Source of the DNA: an uncultured Verrucomicrobiae bacterium
GTDB taxonomy: Bacteria > Verrucomicrobiota > Verrucomicrobiia > Chthoniobacterales > JAFAMB01
DNA: 64,000 bases
Assembly: GCA_963813025.1 (NCBI GenBank)
Contig: CAWEXO010000008.1
Span: forward strand, 192,001-256,000
Reading direction: 5' to 3'
Made by a program: the position numbers and the translations under genes. Shown piece after piece: positions 50,789 to 60,952 of the stretch. Under the pieces are notes generated by a model. That model had not been told where the DNA came from. It did no database searches and was given only the letters and a program-made list of their open reading frames with translations. Every line of letters starts with the position of its first letter. Position 1 is the stretch's first letter.

Positions 50789-51802
50789 GTGTTGTGGTTT
50801 CTAAAATATCTCCGCTCTTCCGAGGGTGTTATTTTGTTGATGATGGTGCTGCTATGTACGGTCGTCACCTTCATCAATCCAGTCTTCCTGAGTGCGCCGA
50901 ACCTGCTCGATTTGGTGCGGGACAGCATAACCACCGGTCTTTTTGCCTTGGGCGTGTATTTAGCTCTGTTGTCGGGTGGACTCGACGTTTCCTTCACCGC
51001 CGTAGGCGCCTTGTCGATGTACGCCACCGTCAAATTTTTTGCCCAAACAAATTATCAGGCGCCCCTTGCTCTGATCTTCCTCAGTGCAGCCTTGCTGGGC
51101 GGGCTACTGGGCGCATTCAACGCCACGCTCATCGCGTTTTTCCGGTTGCCGACTTTGATCGTTACCCTGGGAACTTTGAATCTTTTCCGCGGGCTTCTCC
51201 TGACCTTCGTTGGCACCAAGCATATTACGGATATCCCAGACAGTATGCTGCAGTTGTCCCGCGCATTCCTTTATCGGGGTAAGCTAGCTGACGGCAGCCT
51301 CTTTAGCCTGCCCGCCACAACGGTGCCTTTGGTTATTGTGGCCATCCTCGTTGCTGTACTTGTTCGCTTTACGATGCTGGGACGCTCAATCTACGCGATC
51401 GGCGGCAGCGAAGTGGCAAGCGACCGCTTAGGTATCCCGGTCGCGCAAGTTCGATTCTTTGTCTACGTCGCGGTCGGAGTCATTGCAGGGATCGCGGGCA
51501 TCGTGCACGCTTCCCAGATTCGTGTGGCCAATCCGTTCGATCTGGTTGGCACCGAACTAAACGTGCTGGCGGCTGTTGTCCTGGGAGGTGCTCGCATCAC
51601 CGGCGGACGCGGTAGTGTTTTCGGCACTCTCATGGGCGTCTTTCTCGTAACGATCATCAACAACTCCCTCATTCTCCTCGGCGTTTCCTCGTATTATGAC
51701 CGTTGTGTCGTCGGGCTGCTTGTGATTCTCGGGGCGGGTGGCCCACTCCTCCTTCAACGCCTTCAGGTCGGTCGAAAGGCGTGGGTGCCGGGAAGGTCGT
51801 AG
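50789..51802 (+). CDS. Monosaccharide ABC permease
   Basis: SGGLDVSF, PTLIVTLGT, AAVVLGGARITGGRG. Confidence 0.9.
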   Translation: MLWFLKYLRSSEGVILLMMVLLCTVVTFINPVFLSAPNLLDLVRDSITTGLFALGVYLALLSGGLDVSFTAVGALSMYATVKFFAQTNYQAPLALIFLSAALLGGLLGAFNATLIAFFRLPTLIVTLGTLNLFRGLLLTFVGTKHITDIPDSMLQLSRAFLYRGKLADGSLFSLPATTVPLVIVAILVAVLVRFTMLGRSIYAIGGSEVASDRLGIPVAQVRFFVYVAVGVIAGIAGIVHASQIRVANPFDLVGTELNVLAAVVLGGARITGGRGSVFGTLMGVFLVTIINNSLILLGVSSYYDRCVVGLLVILGAGGPLLLQRLQVGRKAWVPGRS

Positions 51803-51861
51803 GACAGGACTCGGGAGTCGAGGTTTTTATCATCTCCATCTCGAACACCTGCTACTTTGGA

Positions 51862-52431
51862 TCAAGCGAATGAATGCGGGAGACCTTCGAGATTTGTATG
51901 GCTTTTTTGCATCGCCTCTACTGAAACGCCTCTCTTTTCCATGAGCAGCATCACGACGATATCGGTGAACAGGAAGAGTGCCTGCTCGAGCAACGAGGCC
52001 ATCGGCTGAATCGATTTTACTTCCTGCGGACCCCCAAAAATCTGACCGGGAATTCTCACGCAAAGATCCGCGAGCTTTCCGTGCTCATTCTCCGGGTGCG
52101 CGGTCAACAGCGCAATTCTGGCGCCCGCAGCCTTCGCCAAACGAACGATGTTCAGTTCGACATTCGTCACCGCACAATGGTCGATAAGCAAATCTCCGGG
52201 GCCAATCTGCGGACTGGTTGTGTCATAGACAACGTAGGTCTCAATGCCCATGTGCTTGAGGCGCATCGCAAACGCTCGTACAGAAAGCTGCATACGTCCC
52301 ATTGCATACAGGTGAATTGTCTTCGCTTTAAGTATCTCCTGAACGAAAAGCTCAACGTCATCAGGATTTACGGCTTCGAGGACTTGGCGATTCTCGTCTA
52401 AGACTTTGGTGACAAGCGCATGATAATTCAT
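51862..52431 (-). CDS. SIS-domain protein, 6-phospho-3-hexuloisomerase-like
   Basis: GR...AFAMRLKHMG, PQIGPGDLLI, QPMASLLEQ, HTNLE. Confidence 0.8.
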   Translation of the reverse strand: MNYHALVTKVLDENRQVLEAVNPDDVELFVQEILKAKTIHLYAMGRMQLSVRAFAMRLKHMGIETYVVYDTTSPQIGPGDLLIDHCAVTNVELNIVRLAKAAGARIALLTAHPENEHGKLADLCVRIPGQIFGGPQEVKSIQPMASLLEQALFLFTDIVVMLLMEKRGVSVEAMQKSHTNLEGLPHSFA

Positions 52432-52478
52432 CTCTCACTACAAGTAGATCCGCCGTCAATACTGATGGTTTGTCCCTC

Positions 52479-52829
52479 TTATGCGTCGGCGCCGACGAGC
52501 CACACGCGTACTCCATCCTTTTCAGCGTCCGCTTGGCGGCTGGTCAAATCATCGGGCATCTTCGGAATCGCACGGAATGAAACTCGCATCTCGTCTTCCC
52601 CAGGTTGATGAGGCTCCCCGGTCATCGCCAGGCAGGTGAGATCGCCAGCCAGCCGCTCGGCTTCTTCCAGGATCGAACGCTCATCATCGGGAGACTCCGC
52701 CGTCTTTTTTGCCGCAGCGAACGGCACCTCGGCGAGGAATCGGATCTCGCGGCCGGTCCGGTTGCCAGAATGCTTGTGGTGCGGCTCGAGAGTGATGTCG
52801 AAATAGAGCGCCTGGGGCATACGGTTCAT
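52479..52829 (-). CDS. Hypothetical protein
   Basis: 116-aa ORF with normal composition, co-oriented with the SIS gene. Confidence 0.55.
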   Translation of the reverse strand: MNRMPQALYFDITLEPHHKHSGNRTGREIRFLAEVPFAAAKKTAESPDDERSILEEAERLAGDLTCLAMTGEPHQPGEDEMRVSFRAIPKMPDDLTSRQADAEKDGVRVWLVGADA

Positions 52830-52969
52830 TAAAATGCCCGAGATTCCGGAATTAACAAGAAACTGCCCGGAGGTTGGGAGTCTCCTCGGAAGGGCTCGGG
52901 CGTAAATGTGTACCTTTTTCCAAGTTAAGCAGTCCACTATTCGTGGATGCGCGAATGAATTAGATAATT

Positions 52970-54280
52970 ATGAGCTCCGGAGGAAGGAAATTAATGTTCT
53001 CTGTAAAACCACGTTTACTCGGGCTGGGAGCACTTGGCCGGCTACTTTCCCGCAATCCGCGAGCGCAACGACAGAGGTCGTTGAACTTGGAGGCGAAACC
53101 GGAGCAGCGGCACCCGCAACCGATGACATTAGAGGAGCCTAAAGGCTCGAAAAAGGGACCTGGAATCTTGTCCGTCGCAATACAACTTTTCGGAGTCGTG
53201 GCCGTCGGTTTGGCGCAACGGTATGCCAAATCCTGGAGCGCTGAGCTGACGGCCCAAATTAAGCGTTCGCGAAACCGATCGGAATTTCAAAGTTCTTCAA
53301 TCAAGGCTGGGTCGAGCGTTGCTTCTGAGTTGCCCGGCCGTTCTGAGGCGACACCGTCGCAACCTCCAGCCGAGAAACGGTATCCAAAGGGTGTCGTGGG
53401 ACTTTTCAAGAATACTGCCCGCGAGTGGATGGAGGATAAGTGTCCTCAGCTGGGCGCCGCCCTCGCCTATTTTACTGTATTTTCCTTAGCACCATTGGTC
53501 TTGGTGCTCTTGGCGGTCTTTGGACTTATCTTTGGCAGCAGCGAACAGGGGCGAGATCAGATTCTTAAACAGCTGCAATATTTCATCGATCCCAACGGGA
53601 TCAAAGTTATCAAAGACATCGCCGCGAACGCCTCGAGGCCACAACAGGGGATCCTGGCAACGACGATTGGCGTAATCATAGGCCTGTTCGGTGCAAGCGG
53701 TGTTTTCGGCCAACTCCAGGATGCATTGAACACGATTTGGGGCCTCAAGCCCAAACCTGGAAGGGGAATCTGGGGCTTTGTGCAGGCGCGCTTCCTGTCC
53801 TTTGCCATGGTAGGCGGGGTCTGCTTCCTGCTCTTGGTGTCTCTGACCGTGGAAAGCATTCTCCGGGGTTTGAACGACTATCTGCAAGCGGCTATGCCGG
53901 GAGGTCATTTTTTGGCAATGGCGCTCTTCCTGATCTTTGATTTCGTCATCATCGTGCTGCTGTTTGCGATAATCTTTCGCTATTTGCCGGACGCGAAGGT
54001 CGCATGGCACGACGTCTGGGTGGGCGCCACTTTAACGGCCGTTCTTTTTGTCGTAGGCAAGTTTGTTCTTGCGCTGTACCTGGGGAGCGGTGCGGCCGGT
54101 TCAGCTTACGGTGCGGCTAGTTCACTGGTTACTCTTCTACTCTGGATTTACTATTCCGCGCTGATCCTTCTTTTCGGTGCCGAATTCACCCAGGTATACG
54201 CGAATACCTACGGCAGCCAGCTCAAACCGAAAAAACATGCAGTGAAGGTCGAAAAGACGGAGCGAGAGATCGCCTCATAG
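52970..54280 (+). CDS. YihY/BrkB family membrane protein
   Basis: GAALAYFTVFSLAP, QLQDALNTIW, SAYGAASS, LFGAEF; true start probably further downstream. Confidence 0.9.
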   Translation: MSSGGRKLMFSVKPRLLGLGALGRLLSRNPRAQRQRSLNLEAKPEQRHPQPMTLEEPKGSKKGPGILSVAIQLFGVVAVGLAQRYAKSWSAELTAQIKRSRNRSEFQSSSIKAGSSVASELPGRSEATPSQPPAEKRYPKGVVGLFKNTAREWMEDKCPQLGAALAYFTVFSLAPLVLVLLAVFGLIFGSSEQGRDQILKQLQYFIDPNGIKVIKDIAANASRPQQGILATTIGVIIGLFGASGVFGQLQDALNTIWGLKPKPGRGIWGFVQARFLSFAMVGGVCFLLLVSLTVESILRGLNDYLQAAMPGGHFLAMALFLIFDFVIIVLLFAIIFRYLPDAKVAWHDVWVGATLTAVLFVVGKFVLALYLGSGAAGSAYGAASSLVTLLLWIYYSALILLFGAEFTQVYANTYGSQLKPKKHAVKVEKTEREIAS

Positions 54281-54416
54281 AATCCTCTGCGGGCTGCTCG
54301 CATCAATCGGCGAGCGACGTCGAGAAATTGCGACTTAGTTAACGCGTTGTCCGATTAATTAAGATGGTTGAGCTGGATGCAGACGCAGAAATTCAGAGGG
54401 TTTCAACCGAGTGCCT

Positions 54417-54686
54417 ATGCCAGAAATCCCCGTCTACTTTGACGTAACAATTCAACACGCCGGCGTGCGGCCGGAAAGACTGATCGTCGCCAGGAGTACA
54501 GCCAGCGGTTCAATGGAGCAGACACTCTCGATCGAGGAGGCTGCGCACGTCGCCAGCCAGGTCCTGGGACGAGCAGTCCAATCGGCCGAGGTTGTCCATC
54601 TTGCGACCCGGAAAGCCGACATGCCACTTGAGACTACCGCTGAGATGTTGGGCCCTTTCCTGGTCTGGCACAGTGATGAAGCTTAA
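54417..54686 (+). CDS. Hypothetical protein
   Basis: 89-aa ORF MPEIPVYFDVTI...; weak resemblance to the ORF at 52479-52829. Confidence 0.5.
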   Translation: MPEIPVYFDVTIQHAGVRPERLIVARSTASGSMEQTLSIEEAAHVASQVLGRAVQSAEVVHLATRKADMPLETTAEMLGPFLVWHSDEA

Positions 54687-54885
54687 TTCCCGAAGGAAAG
54701 CGTCCCGCTTCGAGACATCTCGAGCTCGACATCGGGTCCTTGGCACGAATCCCAATTCTTTTCCCTTTCGGGCAGAGCCGCTGGATAGCGCCTGAATCGG
54801 GTAAGCAGCCTTCTAGCCTCTTCGAATCGTTGCGTTAGCCACTACATTGATGCGAAAAGCGGGTTAGAGTTGGTCGTCTCAATCC

Positions 54886-55239
54886 ATGAGCATTTTGATT
54901 TCCGATTTCGCCGGAGTCTCGGTTCCGGTTTATGCGAACCCGGGAAGCTTCGATCCCGAACGCGGCTTGGAAATGTCGTTCCCCGAGCGTTCGCCTTTCT
55001 TCAGTTCTACGAAAGGAGTGAGCAAGATGGCAATCGTGCGCGATGCGCTGGGTCGGTCGGATCGTGTTGCCTTCGCCGGAGATGGACGGCCCGATCTCAG
55101 GCCTGCGCTGCTGGTGCCGCCGCAGTTGCGTTTTGCCCGGCGGTGGCTGGCCGAGGCTTTAGGCGAACGCGGCGAGCGTTTCCATCCTTTTGAGCGCTGG
55201 TCACAGATCGCGGACCAGCTTCAGAAAGCCAAATGCTGA
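54886..55239 (+). pseudogene. MtnX-like HAD-IB phosphatase with in-frame internal deletion
   Basis: MSILISDF is fused directly to C-terminal motifs (SK, FAGDGRPD, RFAR); the rest of DxD motif I and the cap are missing. Confidence 0.65.
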
Positions 55240-56285
55240 TCCCGAGACAAACCGCGATCCCGGCGCTGGTCCGGGTAAAACCGGGAGCTTTAGATCGAAT
55301 AGGCATCTATGCCGAACGCCATGAGTTCATGCGGGTCGTTCTGTTTTTCAGCCAGGATCTGGATCACGGACTGATGGCACGTCTGATCGCTGCATTCCGG
55401 TCCCGAAACATCCAAATCCTGCAACGGACCCCGGTGGAAACCATCAATTTCGAAAACGCGACCGAACTGTTTCGTCAATCTCCACGGAACGCCGACGCAA
55501 TCGTTGGATTCGGCGGCGGCAAAGCACTGGATGTCGCCAAATACATCTCATTTCTCTGCCGGCTTCCCTATCTCTCCGTTCCTACGTCGCTCTCGAACGA
55601 TGGTTTTTGCAGCTCGCAATCCAGTCTCATTTTGGATGAACGCCGCCGCCCGCTCCCATCAGCAATGCCATTCGGCGTGATTCTCGACACGGCCGTGTGC
55701 TTGAACGCTCCAGAAAATCTCTGGCATTCCGGGGTTGGCGATCTCGTTTCGAAATTCACGGCGGTGACTGATTGGAAACTGGCCTTTCACGCAAAGGCAA
55801 CTCCGGTCGACGACTTTGCCGCTTTGCTCTCCGACGCCAGTGTTTATCAATTTCTGGCCCGGCCCAAGCGAGACCTTGAGGGTATGACATTGCTTGGCAC
55901 TGCGTTATTGTTGAACGGCATTTCCATGTCAATCTGCGGTTCGTCACGCCCGGCCAGCGGAAGCGAGCATCTCATTTCGCATGCGCTGGATAGCGTGAGC
56001 AAACGGCCCCGCCTTCATGGCCTTCAGGTCGGCGTAGCCGCTTATTTGATCAGTCTCCTCCAAAATCAGAACTCCAAACGCATCGCGGACCTCTTCGATA
56101 CTACCGGGTTCTGGCGCGCCATCGCGAACGATCCTTTTGATCGTGCCGAATGGCTTGAAGCGGCCCGCGTCGCGCCGTCGATCAAATCGGACTTTTATAC
56201 GGTCTTATCCTCTCGCGACTGCCTGCCGGAAATCGAGAGCGCTCTGCATTCCGACCCGAACTTGCGACGGTGCTTCCGCCAGTGA
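55233..56285 (+). CDS. Glycerol-1-phosphate dehydrogenase-like (EgsA/AraM family) protein
   Basis: GGGKALDVAK, PTSLSNDG, SRPASGSEHLISHALD, LHGLQVG. Confidence 0.82.
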   Translation: MLIPRQTAIPALVRVKPGALDRIGIYAERHEFMRVVLFFSQDLDHGLMARLIAAFRSRNIQILQRTPVETINFENATELFRQSPRNADAIVGFGGGKALDVAKYISFLCRLPYLSVPTSLSNDGFCSSQSSLILDERRRPLPSAMPFGVILDTAVCLNAPENLWHSGVGDLVSKFTAVTDWKLAFHAKATPVDDFAALLSDASVYQFLARPKRDLEGMTLLGTALLLNGISMSICGSSRPASGSEHLISHALDSVSKRPRLHGLQVGVAAYLISLLQNQNSKRIADLFDTTGFWRAIANDPFDRAEWLEAARVAPSIKSDFYTVLSSRDCLPEIESALHSDPNLRRCFRQ

Positions 56286-56312
56286 TCTGTTGCGGCCAGT
56301 CTGTCGACGGAA

Positions 56313-57095
56313 TCAACACAGAACCCGATTCAGAATCTTCTCAACCCGTTGTTCGAGTTTGGCGATGTGCGAGCCGCGCCAGTAGGATTGCCCACATTGT
56401 GGACACTTTTTGAAGTCGTCGTAGTAGAGACGCGTAAGCGGTTCGAGCTGGTCGATCACCGTTTCTTTAGACACGATGGCCAACAAGCCGTTGCAACGCA
56501 AACATCGCACAAAAGGAGCAAGCGCTCGAGCGAGGTCGAAGCGTCCGATGGCTTCCACCGTCTGTTCCATTGGGTCCTGGGAGCGCAGGAAGTACCCTGT
56601 CTTTACGACCCGGTGCATCAGTAAAAGCCGGTCCCGCGTCAGGAGCCCCCGATTCTCTCTCGTCATCGTGGCCAGGAGCTCGCTATCGGTTGCGTCACGG
56701 CTATAACTCACGTCAATCCCGAGCAACCGCAGATCTCGCGTGAGCTTTCCGAGATGACCGTCTGCGACGAAAGCGCGCACATCGCGCGCTTGCAGCCGAA
56801 AATCTGAAGAGCAGCTGGCGAGGATCGGATAGACATCGAGGGCTATGTCCGCTTCCAGATGGAAAGAGAAATCTACCGGTTGACCGTTGAGCGTGATTAG
56901 ATCGACTTCTGGATGCGGCACGCCAAAGGACTCAATCACGTCCTTTACCGATGTCTTGTGGCCCAATACACGTCGGGACGGCTGCAACCTGTCCTTGCTT
57001 TTAAGGAAAAAACCGAGATCACCGTGGAAAGAGACAAGAACGGAATATTTTTTCGCGGCGCTGCTATCGGAATTGATCGATCGCTCCATGGGCAT
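56313..57095 (-). CDS. Mut7-C ubiquitin-like/RNase (PIN + Zn ribbon) protein
   Basis: SVKDVIESFGVPHPEVD, DGHLGKLTRDLRLLGID, LTRDR, RCLRCN...CPQC..YWRGSH. Confidence 0.9.
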   Translation of the reverse strand: MPMERSINSDSSAAKKYSVLVSFHGDLGFFLKSKDRLQPSRRVLGHKTSVKDVIESFGVPHPEVDLITLNGQPVDFSFHLEADIALDVYPILASCSSDFRLQARDVRAFVADGHLGKLTRDLRLLGIDVSYSRDATDSELLATMTRENRGLLTRDRLLLMHRVVKTGYFLRSQDPMEQTVEAIGRFDLARALAPFVRCLRCNGLLAIVSKETVIDQLEPLTRLYYDDFKKCPQCGQSYWRGSHIAKLEQRVEKILNRVLC

Positions 57096-57178
57096 TGGCC
57101 AAGATCCTACAACCTCTCCTTGCGATGTGCAGAAAACTAGCAAGTCGTGGTCAATCGTCGCTTTCTCGATGTTCAGGG

Positions 57179-57739
57179 CTAATCACTTTCGTAGAGAACC
57201 GTGACTTCCTTTCCGCCGATCTCCTCCAGGAATTGAGCGGTTTCCGCTTCGGTAAACTGAGGATCGCCCGATTCGATAACGAGAAAAAACGCGTTATCAC
57301 TCACCCGACTGAAAGGCGTGTAATCGAACAGCGGATGATGCAGCCGGGGAAGCCGATTCATAACGAAGACGCCGAAAAAGGCGGTGAACGCGGCAAACAA
57401 AATGGTCAGCTCAAACATGATCGGGAAAAAGGCTGGAACGGTAAAAAAGTCTACCGGTTTGCCATGTACGATGAGCGGGTAAAGGAAGGAGGTGGGAATA
57501 TACTCCAGCAAAACCGCGGTCAAAAAACCGGTGAAACCGCCCCAGAAGATGATGTAGCCAAGCGGGGACTTCTTTAGACCCATGGCCTGGCTCATTCCAT
57601 GAATCGGGAATGGCGAATGCACATCCCAAAAACGGTAGCCCTGGTCCCGGACTCGTTCCGCGGAATGGTAAAGTTCCGCCGCGGACCCAAACTCCGCAAT
57701 CACGGCAAAGGTCCTTTTCTGGAGAGCCGCCGCGCTCAT
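57179..57739 (-). CDS. actD: Alternative complex III subunit ActD (DUF3341)
   Basis: [32 protein letters not shown]. Confidence 0.85.
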   Translation of the reverse strand: MSAAALQKRTFAVIAEFGSAAELYHSAERVRDQGYRFWDVHSPFPIHGMSQAMGLKKSPLGYIIFWGGFTGFLTAVLLEYIPTSFLYPLIVHGKPVDFFTVPAFFPIMFELTILFAAFTAFFGVFVMNRLPRLHHPLFDYTPFSRVSDNAFFLVIESGDPQFTEAETAQFLEEIGGKEVTVLYESD

Positions 57740-59166
57740 GGATGGACCTCCTGCACTGGAGCGAGTCCCACCGGCGGCCGCAGTCGATAGTGCGGATTAG
57801 CCTCTGGAAGCACACTTTTCACCTCCGACATGGCCACCATTGGCAAAAACCGAATAAAGATCAGAAACAGCGTCAGAAAAATGCCAAAGGTTCCAACGAA
57901 GGTGAAGATATCGACCCAAGTTGGAAAGTACATGCCCCAGCTCGAAGGCAAAAAGTCGCGATGCAAAGACATGGCAATGATCGCGAAGCGCTCAAACCAC
58001 ATCCCGGCGGTGACGCACAGGCACACAAAATAAACGACCCAGCCATTCCTCCGAAAGGCGCGTACCCAGAAGAGCTGCGGGATAATGACGTTGCAGGTAA
58101 ACATCGACCAGCCAACCCACCAGTACGGTCCAAAATAGCGGTTCAGAAAGATAAATCGCTCAAACGGATTTGCTCCGTAATACGCGACAAAAAATTCCAT
58201 GCAATAGGAGTAACCGACGATCGATCCGGTCAGCAGAATGATCTTACACATCACGTCGATGTGGTTCCACGTGATGACATCGTGCAGTCGATAGAGCGCA
58301 CGCGCCGGAATCATCAGGGCCAGGACCATGGCGAACCCGCCGAAGATCGCACCGGCCACAAAATAGGGCGGGAAGATCGTCGTGTGCCAACCGGGAATCA
58401 AGGAGGTCGCAAAATCGAACGACACGGTCGAGTGCACGGACAAGACCAACGGCGTCGATATTCCGGCGAGCACCAGATAGGACATCTCATAGTGGCGCCA
58501 TTGACGCTGTCCACCGCGCCACCCCAACGCGAGCAAACCGTAAGAGAACTTCGCGACTCGGCTCCGTGCCCGATCGCGCAGGGTTGCGAGATCCGGCACT
58601 AAACCGAGATACCAGAACAAAACCGAAACGGTGAAATAGGTCGAAACGGCAAAGACATCCCAGAGCAGCGGGCTGCGAAAATTGGGCCAGATCCAGTTCG
58701 GGACTGGGACCGGTGCCAGGAACCAGACCATCCAGATCCGTCCCACGTGGATTCCCGGGTAAATAGCGGCGCAGATCACGGCAAATAAAGTCATCGCCTC
58801 GGATGAACGATTGATGGCGGTTCGCCATTTTTGCCGGCAGAGGAAAAGAATAGCGGAGATCAGCGTGCCGGCGTGACCGATACCGATCCAGAAAACGAAG
58901 TTCGTGATGCCCCAGGCCCAGCCGACCGGAATATTGTTTCCCCAGACTCCCACTCCCGTCCAAAGCAGGTAGACAATACAGAAGATGCCAAATGCCGCTA
59001 ACGAACCGGTGATGGCAATCGCGCACCACCACCACCGCGGCGCCCGGTTCTCCGGAATCCCGGAGAGGAGAGTCGTGATCCCATGCATGGATCGATTGCC
59101 CTCGACCAGCGGTGGTCTTGGCATCCGCTCCATGGCCGGCGTCGTCGTGGCTTGGGGTTCAGCCAT
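57736..59166 (-). CDS. actC: Alternative complex III subunit ActC (NrfD/PsrC family)
   Basis: [62 protein letters not shown]. Confidence 0.9.
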   Translation of the reverse strand: MAEPQATTTPAMERMPRPPLVEGNRSMHGITTLLSGIPENRAPRWWWCAIAITGSLAAFGIFCIVYLLWTGVGVWGNNIPVGWAWGITNFVFWIGIGHAGTLISAILFLCRQKWRTAINRSSEAMTLFAVICAAIYPGIHVGRIWMVWFLAPVPVPNWIWPNFRSPLLWDVFAVSTYFTVSVLFWYLGLVPDLATLRDRARSRVAKFSYGLLALGWRGGQRQWRHYEMSYLVLAGISTPLVLSVHSTVSFDFATSLIPGWHTTIFPPYFVAGAIFGGFAMVLALMIPARALYRLHDVITWNHIDVMCKIILLTGSIVGYSYCMEFFVAYYGANPFERFIFLNRYFGPYWWVGWSMFTCNVIIPQLFWVRAFRRNGWVVYFVCLCVTAGMWFERFAIIAMSLHRDFLPSSWGMYFPTWVDIFTFVGTFGIFLTLFLIFIRFLPMVAMSEVKSVLPEANPHYRLRPPVGLAPVQEVHP

Positions 59167-59330
59167 TGGTCACCTCTTCCGCAGGGCACCGCAACTACTG
59201 CGTAACTCATATCGCTGTACGACATATTTTGCAAACGCCAGATTTTATCGTCCTACGACATTCTGAAGACCGCCCGGTTTAGCAACCCGGACGACCGTCC
59301 GCATGGAGCGTGACGCACTGTCCTATGTCG

Positions 59331-59452
59331 GTAGGGCGAAAATTCATTCGAGCTTTAGCGAGAACTTGTTTGAGCCGGACAGGGGAGTGGGCAACGCTCC
59401 GGACGGCTCAAACAAGTTCTCGCCTGGCGCTCGAATGAATTTTCGCCCTACC
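59331..59452. repeat. REP-like long palindrome family B (GTAG-initiated)
   Basis: GTAGGGCGAAAATTCATTCGAGC...GCGAGAACTTGTTTGAGCCG-loop-CGGCTCAAACAAGTTCTCGC...GCTCGAATGAATTTTCGCCCTAC. Confidence 0.88.
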
Positions 59453-59645
59453 AAATACGGCGCCGTACGTCTTAGGTAACGCGAGGGCCCGTCCGCATCA
59501 GGAAATCCGTCGGCAGGTGGTGGCAAAGTCCGACACGCCCGACCTCGTCCGGGTCGGACCTTGGTTTGTTGTCCCGGAAGGACATGAGGCGTAATTCGAA
59601 GTCGCTCGACGTGCTGCTCGCACGTCGTTAAATTCGTCTCTCACA

Positions 59646-60842
59646 ATGAACCGGTTTCTCCTGGCCTTGCTGACCGTGCTTCTCGGCGCGACCCGCCTGT
59701 TCGCCTGGACCAGCGGCGAGCTTTTGCTCTGGATGGACAGTGATCGAGGCCGGGCTCTGGAACCGATCGCCCGAAAATTTGAAAGCGATCTCGGGATCAA
59801 AGTCACGATTGGCACACCGCAAAATATCACCACGAGCTTCCCGCTTGCCGCTCAAGCCGGAAAAGGTCCTGACATCGTGATATGGGCTCACGACAAGACT
59901 GGAGAATGGGCGGATAGCGGGCTGATCGCGCCGGTCGACGTCTCTAACGAGTTTGCCAGCAAATTAATACCGAAAGCCTGGGACGCCGTTCGTCGCCGGA
60001 ATCTCTTTTGGGGATATCCCGTCGCTCTGGAGACCGTCACTTTAATTTATAACAAGAAGCTGCTGGCCGGTCCTCCGCCGCGCACGCTGTCCGACGTGAT
60101 ACCGATTGACCAAGAGATCAAACGAAATCGTCCAGGGGTAATGACGATTCTCTGGGATTACACTAGTCCCTATTACTCGTGGGGCATTTTGGCGAGCGAC
60201 GGCGGTTACGTCTTTGCGCGCAACGGCCAAGGCGCAGACTACGACGTGACCAGGGTAGGCGTCGCGAATCCCGGTGCTGTCGCGGGGCTGTCAAAAATCA
60301 TTGAGTTAATTCGTGAGGGGATCCTACCGGCGAGCGTCTCGTACAGTCAGACAGAAGAACTCATGGGCCAAGGCAAGCTGGCCATGACGATCTCGGGTCC
60401 CTGGGCCTGGTCAAACCTGGTTCGGAGCGGAATCGATTTCGGGCTGGCGCCGATGCCGGGAGTCAATGGCAGACTCGGGCGTCCGTTCGTTGGGGTAACG
60501 GTGGCCTACGTGAATCGATCGACTCCGAATAGGGATTTAGCCAAGCATTTCCTGGAGTATTATCTCCTGACGGACGCGGCGCTCGCCGACATGGATGCCG
60601 TAAAGCCGATTGGTGTTCCAGCGCTGATCTCGTTCTACCAGAAGCTGCAGCAAAGAAACTCTCTAGTGCGTGCATTGAAGGTCGCGGTGGATCACGGAGA
60701 GGTGATGCCAAACATCCCACAGATGGGCCGGTTCTTCACCTTCGTAGGACCGGCCCTGCAGATTGCCACACAAGGTCGCGCGTCTCCCCAGAAAGCGTTG
60801 CGCGAAGCGGCTGCTGGCATGCGATCCGGGGCGCGGAATTAA
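59646..60842 (+). CDS. malE: Maltose/maltodextrin-binding protein
   Basis: GKGPDIVIWAHD, GYPVALE..LIYNK, AMTISGPWAWSNL, PFVGV, GEVMPNIPQM. Confidence 0.85.
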   Translation: MNRFLLALLTVLLGATRLFAWTSGELLLWMDSDRGRALEPIARKFESDLGIKVTIGTPQNITTSFPLAAQAGKGPDIVIWAHDKTGEWADSGLIAPVDVSNEFASKLIPKAWDAVRRRNLFWGYPVALETVTLIYNKKLLAGPPPRTLSDVIPIDQEIKRNRPGVMTILWDYTSPYYSWGILASDGGYVFARNGQGADYDVTRVGVANPGAVAGLSKIIELIREGILPASVSYSQTEELMGQGKLAMTISGPWAWSNLVRSGIDFGLAPMPGVNGRLGRPFVGVTVAYVNRSTPNRDLAKHFLEYYLLTDAALADMDAVKPIGVPALISFYQKLQQRNSLVRALKVAVDHGEVMPNIPQMGRFFTFVGPALQIATQGRASPQKALREAAAGMRSGARN

Positions 60843-60952
60843 TCGGCATTACCGCCGTGGGCATGTAACACCGAGCCCGCGGTGCAGTTCTATATTTGAT
60901 TGGGGAAACAATTGACCTTCGAAAAAATACCGTGAAGAATATTGATCTTTCT

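Noticed and set aside
57610..58602. 330-aa + strand ORF and similar long antisense ORFs (e.g. 9487-10221, 41619-42401)
   Set aside because: They overlap well-supported genes on the opposite strand and lack motifs, as is typical of GC-rich DNA.
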